A stretch of DNA of 64,000 nucleotides from an uncultured Actinomycetes bacterium. Its GTDB lineage: Bacteria; Actinomycetota; UBA4738; HRBIN12. This document shows, piece by piece, positions 30,181 to 41,324 of the stretch. The translations under genes were made by a program, and so were the position numbers. The notes below the pieces were generated by a model. That model was not told where the DNA came from, searched no databases, and saw nothing but the letters and a program-made list of their open reading frames with translations. The stretch is from the NCBI GenBank assembly GCA_963758715.1, contig CAVWWK010000003.1, positions 22,664 to 86,663 of the forward strand, given 5' to 3'. Positions within the stretch are counted from its first letter, which is position 1, and each line of letters begins with the position of its first letter.

Positions 30181-31957
30181 TCAGCTCTCCTTGCCTTCGG
30201 TGGGTGGCTCCTCGAGACGGATCCCCAGCTCCCGGAGCTGGCCGGCGTCGACCGGCGCGGGCGCCCCGGTGAGCGGATCGGCCCCCGATTGCGACTTGGG
30301 GAACGCGATCACGTCGCGGATCGCGTCCTTGCCGGCCATGACCATCACGAGCCGGTCCACCCCCATCGCGATGCCGCCGTGCGGGGGTGCGCCCAGCTTC
30401 AGCGCCCCGATCAGGTGCCCGAACTGCTCGTCGATCTGCTCGGGCGCGAGCCCCAGGCTCTCGAACACCCGCCGCTGCACCTCGGGCTCGTGGATCCGGA
30501 CGCTGCCCCCGCCCACCTCGAACCCGTTCAGCACCAGATCGTAGGCGCGAGCCTTCGCGGACTCGGGCGTGAGGTCATGGGACGCGGGAGACGTGAACGG
30601 ATGATGGACCGAGACCCACCGCTCCTCCTCGTCGCTCCACTCGAACAGTGGGGGTTCGACCATCCACACGAACGCCCAGGTGTCGGCCGGGATCAGGCCC
30701 AGACGCGCCGCGAGGTCGCGGCGGAGGCCGTCGAGGGCGACGTTCGCGCGGTCCGGGCGGTCGGCCACGATACAGACCAGATCGCCCTCGTGCGCACCCG
30801 AACGTTCGAGCAGCGCCGCGATCTCGTCGGGGCTCAGGAACTTCTCGACGGGAGAACGCACGGCCCCGCCCGGCTCGACCGCGATCCATACGAGCCCCGC
30901 GGCGCCTCGGCCCTTCGTGTCCTCGATCAGCTTGTCGAGCTCCTTGCGCGAGAAGGACGCGGCGCCGGGCGCGACCAGCCCCTTGATCGCGCCGCCGTCC
31001 GAGAGGACCTTCGCGAACGCGTTGAAGCCGGTCTCTGCGAACACGGGCGCCAGGTCGACCAGCTCCATGCCGAAGCGGAGGTCCGGCTTGTCCGAGCCGA
31101 ATCGCTCCATCATCTCGGTGTAGGTCAGGCGCGGGAACGGAACCGGCACGTCGACGCCCGCGACGTCTTTCACGATCGCGGCGTAGAGCGGCTCGATCAA
31201 CGCGATCAGGTCGTCTTCCGTGACGAATGACATCTCCACGTCGAGCTGTGTGAACTCGAACCCGCGGTCGGCGCGCGCGGCTTCGTCCCGCAGGCAGCGG
31301 ACGATCTGGTAGTAGCGATCCTGGCCACCGATCATGAGCAGTTGCTTGAGCTGCTGAGGTGACTGGGGCAGCGCGTAGAAGGTGCCCGGCTGCAGCCGGC
31401 TCGGCACCAGGAAGTCGCGGGAGCCCTCCGGCGTGCTCCTGGTGAGGATCGGGGTCTCGATCTCCACGAAGCCCAAGGTGTCCATGTGCTCCTCATCAGG
31501 TGGACGATGCGCGCGCGCATCGCCAGCACCCTGGTCATCTCCGGGCGCCGGAGGTCGAGGTAGCGGTACTTCAGGCGGAGGTCCTCCCCCACCTCGACGC
31601 GATCCTCGACCGGGAACGGCGGGGTCTCGGAGGGGTTCAGCACCTCGAGCTCCGTCGCGGAGATCTCGATGTCGCCCGGTCGCGAGGTCCGGGTTCTCCA
31701 TGCCGTGGCCGGGCGCGAACCGTTCCGATGACACGCACGACGTCCTCGCCGCCGAGCTTCTGGGCGCCGGTGTGAGCCTCGGGCGCATCCTCGGGATGGA
31801 ACACGACCTGCACGACGCCCTCGCGATCGCGCAGGTCGATGAAGGTGACGCCGCCATGGTCGCGGCGGCGAGCCACCCACCCGCACATGGTGACCTGGGC
31901 GCCGGCGTCCGTGGCGCGAAGTGCACCGCACGAGTGCGTGCGCATGGTGGTCGTCAT
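30181..31957 (-). CDS. aspS: aspartate--tRNA ligase (frame-disrupted)
   Basis: ATG 31957 overlaps the hisS stop (ATGA). [28 protein letters not shown] (ORF 31637..32017). [36 protein letters not shown], class II motif 3 [12 protein letters not shown] (ORF 30181..31926). At least 3 breaks. Confidence 0.9.
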
Positions 31958-33264
31958 GAACGACGCGTCGTCGGACGCCATCGCACCTCGGTCCAGTCGT
32001 CGAGCCTCGTGAGCCATCGGGCCGCGTCGACCGCCGGGATCGTCTTCTGGATGCCGTCGGCCAGTCGGCGGAGCGTCACCGCGCCGTCGGCGAGCTCACG
32101 CTCCCCCAGGATCGCGACGAACGTCGCGCCGGCGCGATCCGCCTGCTTCAGCTGCGCCTTGAGCGGGCGCTCCTCGAGGGCACTGACCGCCGGGACCCCC
32201 GTGTCGCGAAGCGTGCCGACCAGATCGGCGGCGGCCGCCCGTGCGCCCACGCCGATCGCGACCACGAAGCACCGTGGGACGCGGGCGGGCGCCGCCGCGA
32301 TCCCTTCCGCCTCCATCGCCAAGAGCACGCGGTCCAGGCCCATCGCGAACCCGACCCCCGGCGTCGGAGTACCGCCGAGCTCGGCGGCCAGGCCGTCGTA
32401 GCGACCACCCGCGTTGATCGTCCCCGCCTTGTTCTCGGCGAGCACACCGGAGATCCACTCGAACGCAGTGCGCGTGTAGTAGTCGAGCCCACGCACGAGG
32501 CGAGGATCCGGCGTGTACGCGATCCCCTCGGCGTCGAGACCGGCGCGCACGCCGGCGAAGTGCCCGGCGCAGGGGTCGCAGAGCCGATCGGCGATCGTGG
32601 GCGCGGCCAGCACGAAGTCCTTCTCGCCGTCGACCTTGCAATCGAAGACCCGCAACGGGTTCTTCCCGAGACGCTCCCGGCAGTCCCGGTCGAGCTCGTC
32701 AACGTGCGCTTCGAGGTAGGCGATCAGCTCCTCGCGGTATGCCGGCCGGCAGCTCTCGTCGCCGATCGAGTTCAGACGCAGGACGTAGTCGCGCAGGCCC
32801 CGTTCGCGCAGGTACTTCTCGCCGAGAGCGACGACCTCCACGTCGGCCCCCGGTGACTCGGTCCCGATCACTTCTATGCCGAACTGCCGGAACTCGCGGA
32901 GGCGCCCCGCCTGGGGCCGTCCGTGCCGGAACTCGCTCGCGATGTAGTACCCGCGGAAGGGGGCGCCGAGATCCTGGGCGTGACCCAAGTACGCGCGCAT
33001 CACGCCGGCGGTGCTCTCCGGTCGCAGCGTCACGGACCGGCCCCCTTTGTCCTGGAAGGTGTACATCTCCTTCGTCACGACGTCGGAGGTTTCACCCGAG
33101 GTGCGCACGAACAGGTCCGTGTGCTCGAAGGTGGGCGTCTCCACGTAGCGGAACCCGAACAGCCGCGCGAGCCTGTGGGCCTCGTCGTAGAGGCCGAGCA
33201 TCGCGTCGGACCGGTCGGGCAAGAGATCGTGGGTCCCGCGAGGCGACGAGAGGTCGACGCCCAT
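31954..33264 (-). CDS. hisS: histidine--tRNA ligase
   Basis: Intact from ATG 33264: [60 protein letters not shown]. Confidence 0.94.
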   Translation of the reverse strand: MGVDLSSPRGTHDLLPDRSDAMLGLYDEAHRLARLFGFRYVETPTFEHTDLFVRTSGETSDVVTKEMYTFQDKGGRSVTLRPESTAGVMRAYLGHAQDLGAPFRGYYIASEFRHGRPQAGRLREFRQFGIEVIGTESPGADVEVVALGEKYLRERGLRDYVLRLNSIGDESCRPAYREELIAYLEAHVDELDRDCRERLGKNPLRVFDCKVDGEKDFVLAAPTIADRLCDPCAGHFAGVRAGLDAEGIAYTPDPRLVRGLDYYTRTAFEWISGVLAENKAGTINAGGRYDGLAAELGGTPTPGVGFAMGLDRVLLAMEAEGIAAAPARVPRCFVVAIGVGARAAAADLVGTLRDTGVPAVSALEERPLKAQLKQADRAGATFVAILGERELADGAVTLRRLADGIQKTIPAVDAARWLTRLDDWTEVRWRPTTRRS

Positions 33265-33899
33265 CACGTCAGCTCCCGCAGGAACGGGTTCGAGGCGCGC
33301 TCCCGTCCCACGGTGGTGTCGGGTCCGTGCCCGGGCAGCACCGGCACCGGATCGGGCAGCGTCAGGAAGCGGCGCAGGCTCCGCTCCATGGCGACGGGGT
33401 CGCTGTTCGGGAAGTCCGAACGCCCGACCGAGCCAGCGAACACGAGATCGCCCGAGAGGACGATCACGTCGCCATCCACCCGGAATGAGCAATGACCGGG
33501 CGTGTGCCCAGGCGTGTGCATCACCTCGATCGCGAACCCCGCGAAGTCGAGCATCTGGCCGTCGACGATGGTCCGCAGGTCCTTGACCGGCGCGAGCGCG
33601 TTCTCGTATCCGGCGTTCCAGGCGGGCTCGTCGGTGAAGGCCACCGCGTCGGCCTCGTGCACGAACACCGGCATCTCGCCCGCGAAGTCGCCGGCGGCGG
33701 CCGCGTGGTCCGAGTGGGCGTGCGTCGCCAGGACGGCGATGGGAGTCTTGCCGGCGGCCTCCAGCAGGCCGTGCACGGCGGCAGGCTCGAACCCCGGGTC
33801 GACGACAAGGGCTTCCTCGCTCCCCTGGGCGGAGAGCAGCCAGCAGTTGGTTCCGTATGGGTTGGCGTTGAAGACGTCGAGCCACATCGCAGCGGTCAT
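33264..33899 (-). CDS. MBL-fold metallo-hydrolase (glyoxalase II-like)
   Basis: Intact 211 aa: ATHAHSDHAAAAG (HxHxDH), HTPGHTPGH, PGHGP. The stop overlaps the hisS ATG. Confidence 0.88.
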   Translation of the reverse strand: MTAAMWLDVFNANPYGTNCWLLSAQGSEEALVVDPGFEPAAVHGLLEAAGKTPIAVLATHAHSDHAAAAGDFAGEMPVFVHEADAVAFTDEPAWNAGYENALAPVKDLRTIVDGQMLDFAGFAIEVMHTPGHTPGHCSFRVDGDVIVLSGDLVFAGSVGRSDFPNSDPVAMERSLRRFLTLPDPVPVLPGHGPDTTVGRERASNPFLRELT

Positions 33900-33939
33900 G
33901 CTATCGGACCGCTGAACGCGCTCAGCAGGGCGCGGCCCG

Positions 33940-34377
33940 CTAGCCGTCGAGGACGATCGTGACGGGCCCGTCGTTCAGCAGCTCGACCTCCATGTGGGCT
34001 CCGAACGTGCCGCGCTCCACCCGCACCCCGCGCTCCTCGAGCGCGTTCGCGAAGGCCTCAACACGCTCGGCCGCAGGTTCAGGATCCGCCGCGGCGATGA
34101 ACGACGGACGCCGCCCTTTCCGCGTGTCGGCGTACAGGGTGAACTGCGACACGACGAGAGCTTCGCCACCCAGGTCGAGCAGGGAGCGATTCATCTTCCC
34201 GTCGTCGTCGGCGAACACGCGCAGGTGCACGACCTTCTCGGCGAGGGCCTCGACCTCGTCGGGCGCGTCCTGGGCTCCGATGCCCACGAGCGCCACGTAC
34301 CCCGGGCCGATCTCCCCAGTCACGCGACCCTCGACACGAACGCCGGCGCGCGTGACCCGCTGGAGGACGATCCTCAC
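33940..34377 (-). CDS. dtd: D-aminoacyl-tRNA deacylase
   Basis: Intact 145 aa: [43 protein letters not shown]. Confidence 0.93.
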   Translation of the reverse strand: MRIVLQRVTRAGVRVEGRVTGEIGPGYVALVGIGAQDAPDEVEALAEKVVHLRVFADDDGKMNRSLLDLGGEALVVSQFTLYADTRKGRRPSFIAAADPEPAAERVEAFANALEERGVRVERGTFGAHMEVELLNDGPVTIVLDG

Positions 34378-34389
34378 GGCACCGGAGCC

Positions 34390-36756
34390 TCAGCTGGGCA
34401 CCACGCGGTAGGCGTCGTAGACGCTCTCCACACGCTTGGCCGCCGCGAGCACGCTCGACAGGTGGGCGATGTCGGCCAGCTCGAAGGTGAAGCGCAGGCG
34501 GGTGATGCGGTCCTTCCCGGTGGCGCTGGTCGCCGACACGATGTTGACGTGATTGTCCGACAGGACGGTGGCGACGTCGGACAGCAACCGGGTGCGGTCG
34601 AGCGCTTCCACCTGGATCGCGACCACGAACGACGTCGATTTGCCCTCTGCCCAGGTCACGTCGATAAGTCGTTCGGGCTCCTTGCGGAGAGATCGCACGT
34701 TGGGACAGTCGGTGCGGTGCACGCTGACGCCCTGGCCTCGCGTGACGAACCCGATGATCTCGTCGCCCGGCACGGGTGTGCAACACCGGCCAAGACGTAC
34801 CCACACGTCGCCGAGCCCGCGCACGACCACACCCTTGGACACGTCGGGCTTGCCGAGACGAACCGGCCGGGCGAGCGGGACTTCTTCGATCACGTCCTCG
34901 TCGGCCGTGCCGGTAACCAGGCGCGCCAGGCGCGCCACCACCGATTGCGGCGAGACATGGCTCTCTCCGATGGCGACGTAGAGCGCGTCGAGATTCTGGT
35001 ACTTCAGCTCCTCGGCGACCTGCCCGAGCGAGGCCTCCGTCGCGAGCCGCTTCATGGGCAGTCGTTCCTTGCGCATGAGGCGCTGCACGGCGTCGCGCCC
35101 GTGTTCCAGGGCGTCCTCCCGGCGTCCTCGCGAGAACCATTGGCGGATCTTCGACCGGGCGCGAGGCGTCCTCACGAACTGCAGCCAGTCCTGCGACGGG
35201 CCCTCGCCCTGCGCCTTCGACGTCAGGATGGAGACCGCATCGCCCGTGCGCAGCTCGTAGTCCAACGGGACGAGCTTGCCGCCGACCTTCGCTCCGATCG
35301 TGCGGTGACCGACGTCGGTGTGGATCGCGTATGCGAAGTCGACCGGTGTGGCGCCCGCGGGCAGGTTCACGACGTCGCCTTTCGGCGTGAACACGAAGAC
35401 CTGTCCCTCGTAGAGGTCGATCTTCAGGCCCTCCATGAACTCGCGGGGGTCGGCCATGTCCTTCAGCCAATCCATCATCTGACCGAGCCATGCCATGTCC
35501 GCGGCGTCCTTCGACTGCTTGCCGCCCTCCTTGTAGCGCCAGTGCGCCGCGATACCGAACTTGGCAGTCCGGTTCATGTCGCGAGTCCGGAGCTGGATCT
35601 CGAGCGGCTTGCCGCCGGGTCCGACGACCGTCGTGTGCAGCGACTGGTACATGTTCGACTTGGGCATCGCGACGTAGTCCTTGAACCGACCGGGGATCGG
35701 CTTCCACAACGAATGGATGGCCCCGAGTGCGGCGTAACAGTCGCGGGGAGAGTCGACCAGGATCCGCACGCCTACGAGGTCGTAGATCTCGTTGAACTCC
35801 TTGCCGCGGATCACCATCTTCTCGTAGATCGAGTAGAGGTGCTTCGGACGGCCCTCGACCTCGGCCTTGATCCCGAGCTCCTTCAACTTCGCGCGCGCCT
35901 CGCTCGTGACACGGTCGATCAGGGCGGTGCGCTCCCCGCGGCGCGCGTCCACCAGGCTCGCGATCTCGCGATAGGGACCGGGGTGCAGCGCCTTGAAGGA
36001 CAGATCCTCCAGCTCCCACTTGAGCTCCTGGACACCGAGGCGATGCGCCAGCGGACCGTAGATCTCCAGGGTCTCCGTGGCGATGCGACGCTGCTTGGCC
36101 TGCGTGAACACGCCGAGCGTGCGCATGTTGTGCAGCCGGTCGGCGAGCTTGATCAACAAGACCCGGATGTCGCCGGCCATCGCCACGATCATCTTGCGGA
36201 CGTTCTCTGCCTGTTCCTGCTCGCGCGTGCGGAACTCGAACCGGTCGAGCTTGGTGAGGCCGTCGACGATGCGCGAGACCTCTTCGCCGAACTGCTCTTC
36301 GATCGCGCCCAGGGTGGCGGGTGTGTCCTCCACGGTGTCGTGGAGCAGCGCCGCTTCCAGCGTCGTGGTGTCCAGCCGCAGGTCGGCGAGGATGCCGGCG
36401 ACCGCGACAGGATGCTCGATGAAGTCCTCTCCCGACTTGCGCTTCTGTCCCTCGTGCGAGACCTCGGCGAACGCGTACGCCCGCTGGATCTCCTTGAGAT
36501 CGGCCTTGGGGTTGTAGGAGCGAACCTTCTTCAGCAGCGGGTCGATGCGGCTCGGCGGGCTCGGTTCCCCGCGACGGAGCCGTGGTCGCGGGATGTTCGG
36601 CAGCCGTCCGCTCCGCCGTGGCTGTGACGGCGACGCCGGAGCGTCCTGCGCCGGCGCCTCCTGCGCCGGCGTCTGTTGCTCGACCGCGGTCTCTTCCCGG
36701 CTCTCCACACGTGCCTCCTGTGCACGCCAGTGTAGGGGCTGAGCGGCCGACCCCAA
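34390..36756 (-). CDS. relA: bifunctional (p)ppGpp synthetase/hydrolase RelA/SpoT homolog
   Basis: Intact 788-aa ORF. HD hydrolase (HPVAVAGILADL..LHDTVEDT), synthetase (YRSL-like MYQSLHTTV), TGS and ACT regions. The start codon is uncertain (Pro/Ala-rich leader). Confidence 0.93.
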   Translation of the reverse strand: MGSAAQPLHWRAQEARVESREETAVEQQTPAQEAPAQDAPASPSQPRRSGRLPNIPRPRLRRGEPSPPSRIDPLLKKVRSYNPKADLKEIQRAYAFAEVSHEGQKRKSGEDFIEHPVAVAGILADLRLDTTTLEAALLHDTVEDTPATLGAIEEQFGEEVSRIVDGLTKLDRFEFRTREQEQAENVRKMIVAMAGDIRVLLIKLADRLHNMRTLGVFTQAKQRRIATETLEIYGPLAHRLGVQELKWELEDLSFKALHPGPYREIASLVDARRGERTALIDRVTSEARAKLKELGIKAEVEGRPKHLYSIYEKMVIRGKEFNEIYDLVGVRILVDSPRDCYAALGAIHSLWKPIPGRFKDYVAMPKSNMYQSLHTTVVGPGGKPLEIQLRTRDMNRTAKFGIAAHWRYKEGGKQSKDAADMAWLGQMMDWLKDMADPREFMEGLKIDLYEGQVFVFTPKGDVVNLPAGATPVDFAYAIHTDVGHRTIGAKVGGKLVPLDYELRTGDAVSILTSKAQGEGPSQDWLQFVRTPRARSKIRQWFSRGRREDALEHGRDAVQRLMRKERLPMKRLATEASLGQVAEELKYQNLDALYVAIGESHVSPQSVVARLARLVTGTADEDVIEEVPLARPVRLGKPDVSKGVVVRGLGDVWVRLGRCCTPVPGDEIIGFVTRGQGVSVHRTDCPNVRSLRKEPERLIDVTWAEGKSTSFVVAIQVEALDRTRLLSDVATVLSDNHVNIVSATSATGKDRITRLRFTFELADIAHLSSVLAAAKRVESVYDAYRVVPS

Positions 36757-36786
36757 GCAGGGCGGCGCCGGCTGGCCGTCGGGAAC

Positions 36787-37308
36787 TCAGTAGGAGATCA
36801 GCGTGTAGAGCTCGTGGCCATCGAGCTTCGCCCTTCCCTTGAGGAACTCCAGCTCGATCATGCACGCGATGCCGCACACCTTGCCGCCGGTCTGCTCCAC
36901 GAGCGAGGCGGCCGCGGCCGCGGTGCCGCCGGTCGCCAGCACATCGTCGACGATCAGCACCCGCTCCCCCGGTTCGATGCCGTCGCGATGGAGCTCGATC
37001 GTGGCCGTGCCGTACTCCAACTCGTACTCCTCGCCGATCGTCTCCGACGGGAGCTTGCCCTGCTTGCGGATCGGCACGAACCCAGCGCCGAAGTGGTAGG
37101 CGACCGGAGACGCCAGGATGAATCCCCGTGCCTCGATGCCTACCACCTTGTCCACGTTGCCGCGTCCGAAGCGCACGACGATGAGGTCGGTGATCGTGGA
37201 GAACGCGATCGGGTTCGCCAGCACCGGCGTGATGTCCTTGAAGACGATGCCGGGCTCGGGGAAGTCCGGGACGTCCCGGACGAGACCCTTGATCTGCTCG
37301 ATGTCCAT
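36787..37308 (-). CDS. apt: adenine phosphoribosyltransferase
   Basis: Intact 173 aa: FKDITPVL, PRPP loop VLIVDDVLATGGTA. Confidence 0.94.
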   Translation of the reverse strand: MDIEQIKGLVRDVPDFPEPGIVFKDITPVLANPIAFSTITDLIVVRFGRGNVDKVVGIEARGFILASPVAYHFGAGFVPIRKQGKLPSETIGEEYELEYGTATIELHRDGIEPGERVLIVDDVLATGGTAAAAASLVEQTGGKVCGIACMIELEFLKGRAKLDGHELYTLISY

Positions 37309-37315
37309 CGAACCG

Positions 37316-38413
37316 CTACCTCCGCTTGCGCTTGGCCGGTGGGCGCTTCTTGCTCTTCGGACGCGGACGGGACGACGCGCCCACCCGGGCGGTCGCCGCC
37401 TGCGCCGCCTGGTCGGACGTGGCGGCCGTCGCGGTGGCCTCGGTGGTTGCGGCGCCTGCGCGCGCGCGCACGCTGCGCCGGGCCTCCACTTTCTGGTAGC
37501 GCTTCTCCTTCGCCTTGAGCATCACCAGGATCGGGGCGGCGATGAAGATCGAGGAGTACGCCCCGGTGGCGACGCCCACGAACATCGCGAAGGCGAAATC
37601 CTTCAGGGTTTCGCCGCCGAACAGCAGCAACGACAGGATCGGGAGCAGGACCACCAACGAGGTGTTCACCGACCGCATCAGCGTCTGGTTCAGGGACAGG
37701 TCGACGACGCCCCCGTAGCCGAGCCTGGACACCAGCGCGCTCGACTCCGTGTTCTCCTTGATCTTGTCGTAGATCACCACGGTGTCGTACAGCGAGAACC
37801 CCAGGATGGTGAGGATCGCGATCACCGTCTCCGGCGTCACCTCGCGGCCGGTCAACGCGTAGATCCCGATCGTGATCAAGACGTCGTGCACCAACGCGAT
37901 GATCGCTCCGAGCGCCATCTTCCACTCGAACCGGAAGGTGATGTAGACCATGATCGCCAGGAGCACCGCGATGAGGCCGAGGAGCGCCTTCCGCGAGATC
38001 TCCGAGCCCCACGTGGGGCCGATGTCCTGGATGCTGACCTCGGTCACCGTCACCCCCGCCTGTTCCGCCAGGGCGTTGATCAACGCGTCGGTCTCTTCGG
38101 CGCCGGCCAGGGTCTCGGTCCGGATCGTGACGGTATCGCCGTCCACGATCTGCACCTCGGCCCCGGCGCGGCCGTTGGCGGCGAGCACGCCGCTCACCTG
38201 TTCCGCGGTGACCTCGGTGGTGATGGGGTAGGAGATCTGCGCGCCGCCTTCGAAGTCGATCGACAGGTTCAGGCCGCCGCGGGCGATCAACCCGACGATC
38301 CCGATCAGGATCACCGCCCCCGAGATCGAGAACCAGAGCTTGCGTCGCTCGACGAAGCGGAAGTGCGGGATCGTGTGGCCACGGTAGGTCTCGAGCGCGT
38401 GGTGAAGGCTCAC
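37316..38413 (-). CDS. secF: protein translocase subunit SecF
   Basis: Intact 365 aa: LGIDFEGG-like LSIDFEGGAQI, six TM segments, SIYDTVVIYDKI. 4-nt overlap with secD. Confidence 0.93.
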   Translation of the reverse strand: MSLHHALETYRGHTIPHFRFVERRKLWFSISGAVILIGIVGLIARGGLNLSIDFEGGAQISYPITTEVTAEQVSGVLAANGRAGAEVQIVDGDTVTIRTETLAGAEETDALINALAEQAGVTVTEVSIQDIGPTWGSEISRKALLGLIAVLLAIMVYITFRFEWKMALGAIIALVHDVLITIGIYALTGREVTPETVIAILTILGFSLYDTVVIYDKIKENTESSALVSRLGYGGVVDLSLNQTLMRSVNTSLVVLLPILSLLLFGGETLKDFAFAMFVGVATGAYSSIFIAAPILVMLKAKEKRYQKVEARRSVRARAGAATTEATATAATSDQAAQAATARVGASSRPRPKSKKRPPAKRKRR

Positions 38414-40551
38414 GCGTCGCTCCCCGCGGCATCGGCCTTCAGGTCCTCATCGCCCGCGACGCCGCTGCGCAGGCCCAGCCCCGGCAGGTTCACCAGGCGC
38501 TCGTTCCGCGCGATCAGGAACACGGTCGGCCGCTTGAAGAACCACACGACGAACAGGTCCAGGACCGTGGCGACGCCCAACGTCAGCGCGAACCCGCGAA
38601 CGGAGCTCACCGCCGTGACGTACAGGACGATCGCCGCGATGAAGGTGACGATGTCGGCGGCCACGATCGTCTTGTACGCGCGCTTGAAGGCGGGCTGCAC
38701 CGCGGACCGGGCCGACTTGCCCGAACGCACCTCGTCCTTCAGCCGTTCGAAGAACACGATGTAGGAGTCGGCGGTCACGCCCAGCGAGATGACGAGACCC
38801 GCGACGCCGGCGAGCGTGAGCGCGTACCCGAACTGGGTCCCCGCGATCGACACCAGGGCGAGCGCCAGGATCGCCCACGCGGACATGCCCAGCCAGGCCA
38901 CGATCCCGAGCAGGCGATAGTAGAAGAGCAGGTACAGGAACAGCAGGATCAGGCCCGCGATGCCCGCCACGATCCCCTGGCGGAGCGACTCGGCGCCCAG
39001 GGTCGGGCTCACGGTCTGGACCGACTGGCGGGTCAGCTCGACGGGGAGGGCACCCGCGTTCAACACGGTCGCCAGGTCCTTGGCCTCGGTTTCGCTGAAC
39101 CCGCCCGTGATCACGCCGCTCCCCGTCGTGATCGGGTCGTTCACCGTGGGGGCCGAGATCACGCTCCGGTCCACCACGATCGCGATCTGGTTCTGGGGCG
39201 GGGGCTGGTTCACGGCCGCCGTCGTGGCGTCGGCGAATGCCTGCGTCGCCTCGCCTGTCAGCTCGAACTGCACCTGCCACTCGGCGACCGTTCCGCCGAG
39301 GATCGCGCTCGCGTCGCTGATGTCGGAGCCGTTGATGACCGACGGGCCTAGGCGGAGCTTGTTCCCCTGCTCGTCCGCGTAGACGACCTCTTCCTGCTCG
39401 AGCGCCTGGAATCGAGCACCGGTCCTGCTCCCGCTCCCGTTCGGTCTCGCAGGTGATGGGCGTGGATGCGAACGCGGGGTCGCCGGGCGGGATGATCGCG
39501 AGCACCTGCCGCTGCTCGAGCCTGGCCGTGGTGCCGATCACGTCGAGCAACCGTTCACGACCGGTCGCGCGGCGCTGCTCCTCCGCGGACTCGCGATCCA
39601 CGTAGCACCCGAGGTTCTGATCCGCCGAGCTGATCACGCAGTACTGGATGTCCTGCCGGGATGTGGCGATGGCCGCCAGGGCTTGGTCGGCCGCCGCCCT
39701 GGTCTCCAGGTTGCACGGGAGCGCTTCGGCCCCTGCCAGATCGAGCGGACTCGAACGCGGGAGGGGCCTGGGTCGGCGAAGGCGACGCCGAGCCCGAGGG
39801 TGAAGGGGAAGCTGAGGGGCTCGCGGCCTGCTCCTCCTGGGCGGACGCGGCCGTCGGGGTCACGCAGAACGTGCGTTCCGTGACCTCGACGGTGAGGTCG
39901 TCGGCCGCGGCCTGCGCCTCCTTCTTCGTGGGGAAGCAGTCGAACTGCGTGCCGACGGGATCGGTGAGACAGAATCCCTCCCCCGCGGGCGACGGGGAGG
40001 CGGTCGGTGAGGCGCCGGGTGAGGGCGTGGGGGCCGAGGCCGGCAGGACGGTGATGGCCGAACGGGCGACCTCGGCCTGGCTCTGGCCCGGGTAGCACTC
40101 GAGCTCGTCCCCGTCCGCGTCGACGATGCAGGCCTCGGTCGCGGGCGCCGTGACTTCCAGCTCGGCGAGCGCATCCTCGGCGCGTGGCCTCGTCGCTCGC
40201 ACATCCGAGGTTCGCGCCGCCTTCCCCGATCAGGCAGTACCGCGTCTCGCGCCGTTCTTCGATCGTGCCTTGCGTGAGACCGGGGATCTGCACCTCGATC
40301 GTGCTCCCGGACAGGATGATGTCGGGCTCTCCGACGCCGAACGCGTCCACCCGGTTGCGGATGTTCTCCAGCGCCTGGCCCATCACATCGGGGGGTGTGC
40401 CCTCGGGCGCGGTCAGGATCACCGAGACACCGCCCTCTAGGTCCAGGCCGAGGGTGGGCTTCAGCGCCCCGGTCGCGAACCCGACGAGCGAGGCGATCAC
40501 AAGGAGGAGCACCAGGACGATGGACGCCCACAAACCACGGGTGCGCCTCAC
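38410..40551 (-). CDS. secD: protein translocase subunit SecD with an approximately 230-aa Cys-module/Pro-Ser-rich insertion in the periplasmic head (frame-disrupted)
   Basis: GTG 40551 overlaps the HD-gene stop (GTGA). LGLDLEGGVSVIL (ORF 39634..40617), the insertion (ORF 39555..40202), TARLEQRQV, then the membrane domain (ORF 38410..39273: VSPTLGAESLRQG..YYRLLGIVAWL..VTADSYIVFFERLKDE). At least 3 breaks. Confidence 0.88.
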
Positions 40552-41324
40552 GCCAACTCCGCTCCGTTGACCACCAATCGGAAGCGGGCGTCGAGCATCT
40601 GCGCCGCGCGGCGGCACAGCTGCATCCTGCCCAGGAAGATCTCGAAGTACTCCATGACTTGGCTGATCTGGGTGTCGATCGCCAGCTCGAGGCTGATCGT
40701 TCGAGCGTCCGAGTCTACCCGCAGGAAGGACTGCTCCACGGCGTAGTTCACCCTGTCGTGGATGTCGCGATCGATCGCGCCGGATCGGCGAACGCGACTG
40801 CGGTGCACGTCGCTCTTGTCGGCCAGGATGACCGCCGCCGAGACTGGCGAAACGGCCGTGCCTTCGGTCTCCTCGTGGTTCGCGATCGCGGCGATCACCG
40901 GCATCAGGTCCGCTGGGGGCACGGATCCGCGCAACGTCTGATAGACGATGACCGCGCCCGTCTGCCCGTGGGCGTCGCGCGCCAGCGCGTTCCCCACGTC
41001 GTGCAGGTATCCGGCGACGCTCGCCAGATGCGCCTCGCGCTCGGTGTAGTCCAGCCGGTGCAGCACCTGATAGGAGATGCTGGCGACAAGGTTCGCGTGA
41101 CGGAACCCGTGCTCGGTGAACCCCATCGCCTCCATCACGCGGTCGGCCGACGCGATGAACGCCGCGAGCTCCTCGTTCGCCTGGATCGTCTCCAGGTCGA
41201 CGGTTGGACCGCTGCCCGGTCCGGGGGTGGGCGCCGCCTCGTGCGGGAGCGGTTCAGGCGGAACGTGGGGCGCCGGTTCGTCGATCCGACGAAGCGGCTC
41301 CTGCGAACGATCGACGTCGCTCAC
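40548..41324 (-). CDS. HD-domain phosphohydrolase family protein
   Basis: Intact 258 aa (GTG start). H..HD..H..D pattern: HGFRHANLV, YLHDVGN, IANHEE, ILADKSD. GTGA overlaps with yajC upstream and secD downstream. Confidence 0.8.
   Translation of the reverse strand: MSDVDRSQEPLRRIDEPAPHVPPEPLPHEAAPTPGPGSGPTVDLETIQANEELAAFIASADRVMEAMGFTEHGFRHANLVASISYQVLHRLDYTEREAHLASVAGYLHDVGNALARDAHGQTGAVIVYQTLRGSVPPADLMPVIAAIANHEETEGTAVSPVSAAVILADKSDVHRSRVRRSGAIDRDIHDRVNYAVEQSFLRVDSDARTISLELAIDTQISQVMEYFEIFLGRMQLCRRAAQMLDARFRLVVNGAELA

Noticed and set aside
33994-36877. An 877-aa plus-strand ORF and a 932-aa alternative minus-frame ORF over relA
   Set aside because: Both overlap the intact 788-aa RelA/SpoT reading frame and translate to Arg/Pro/Gly-rich low-complexity sequence. 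They are high-GC frame artefacts.
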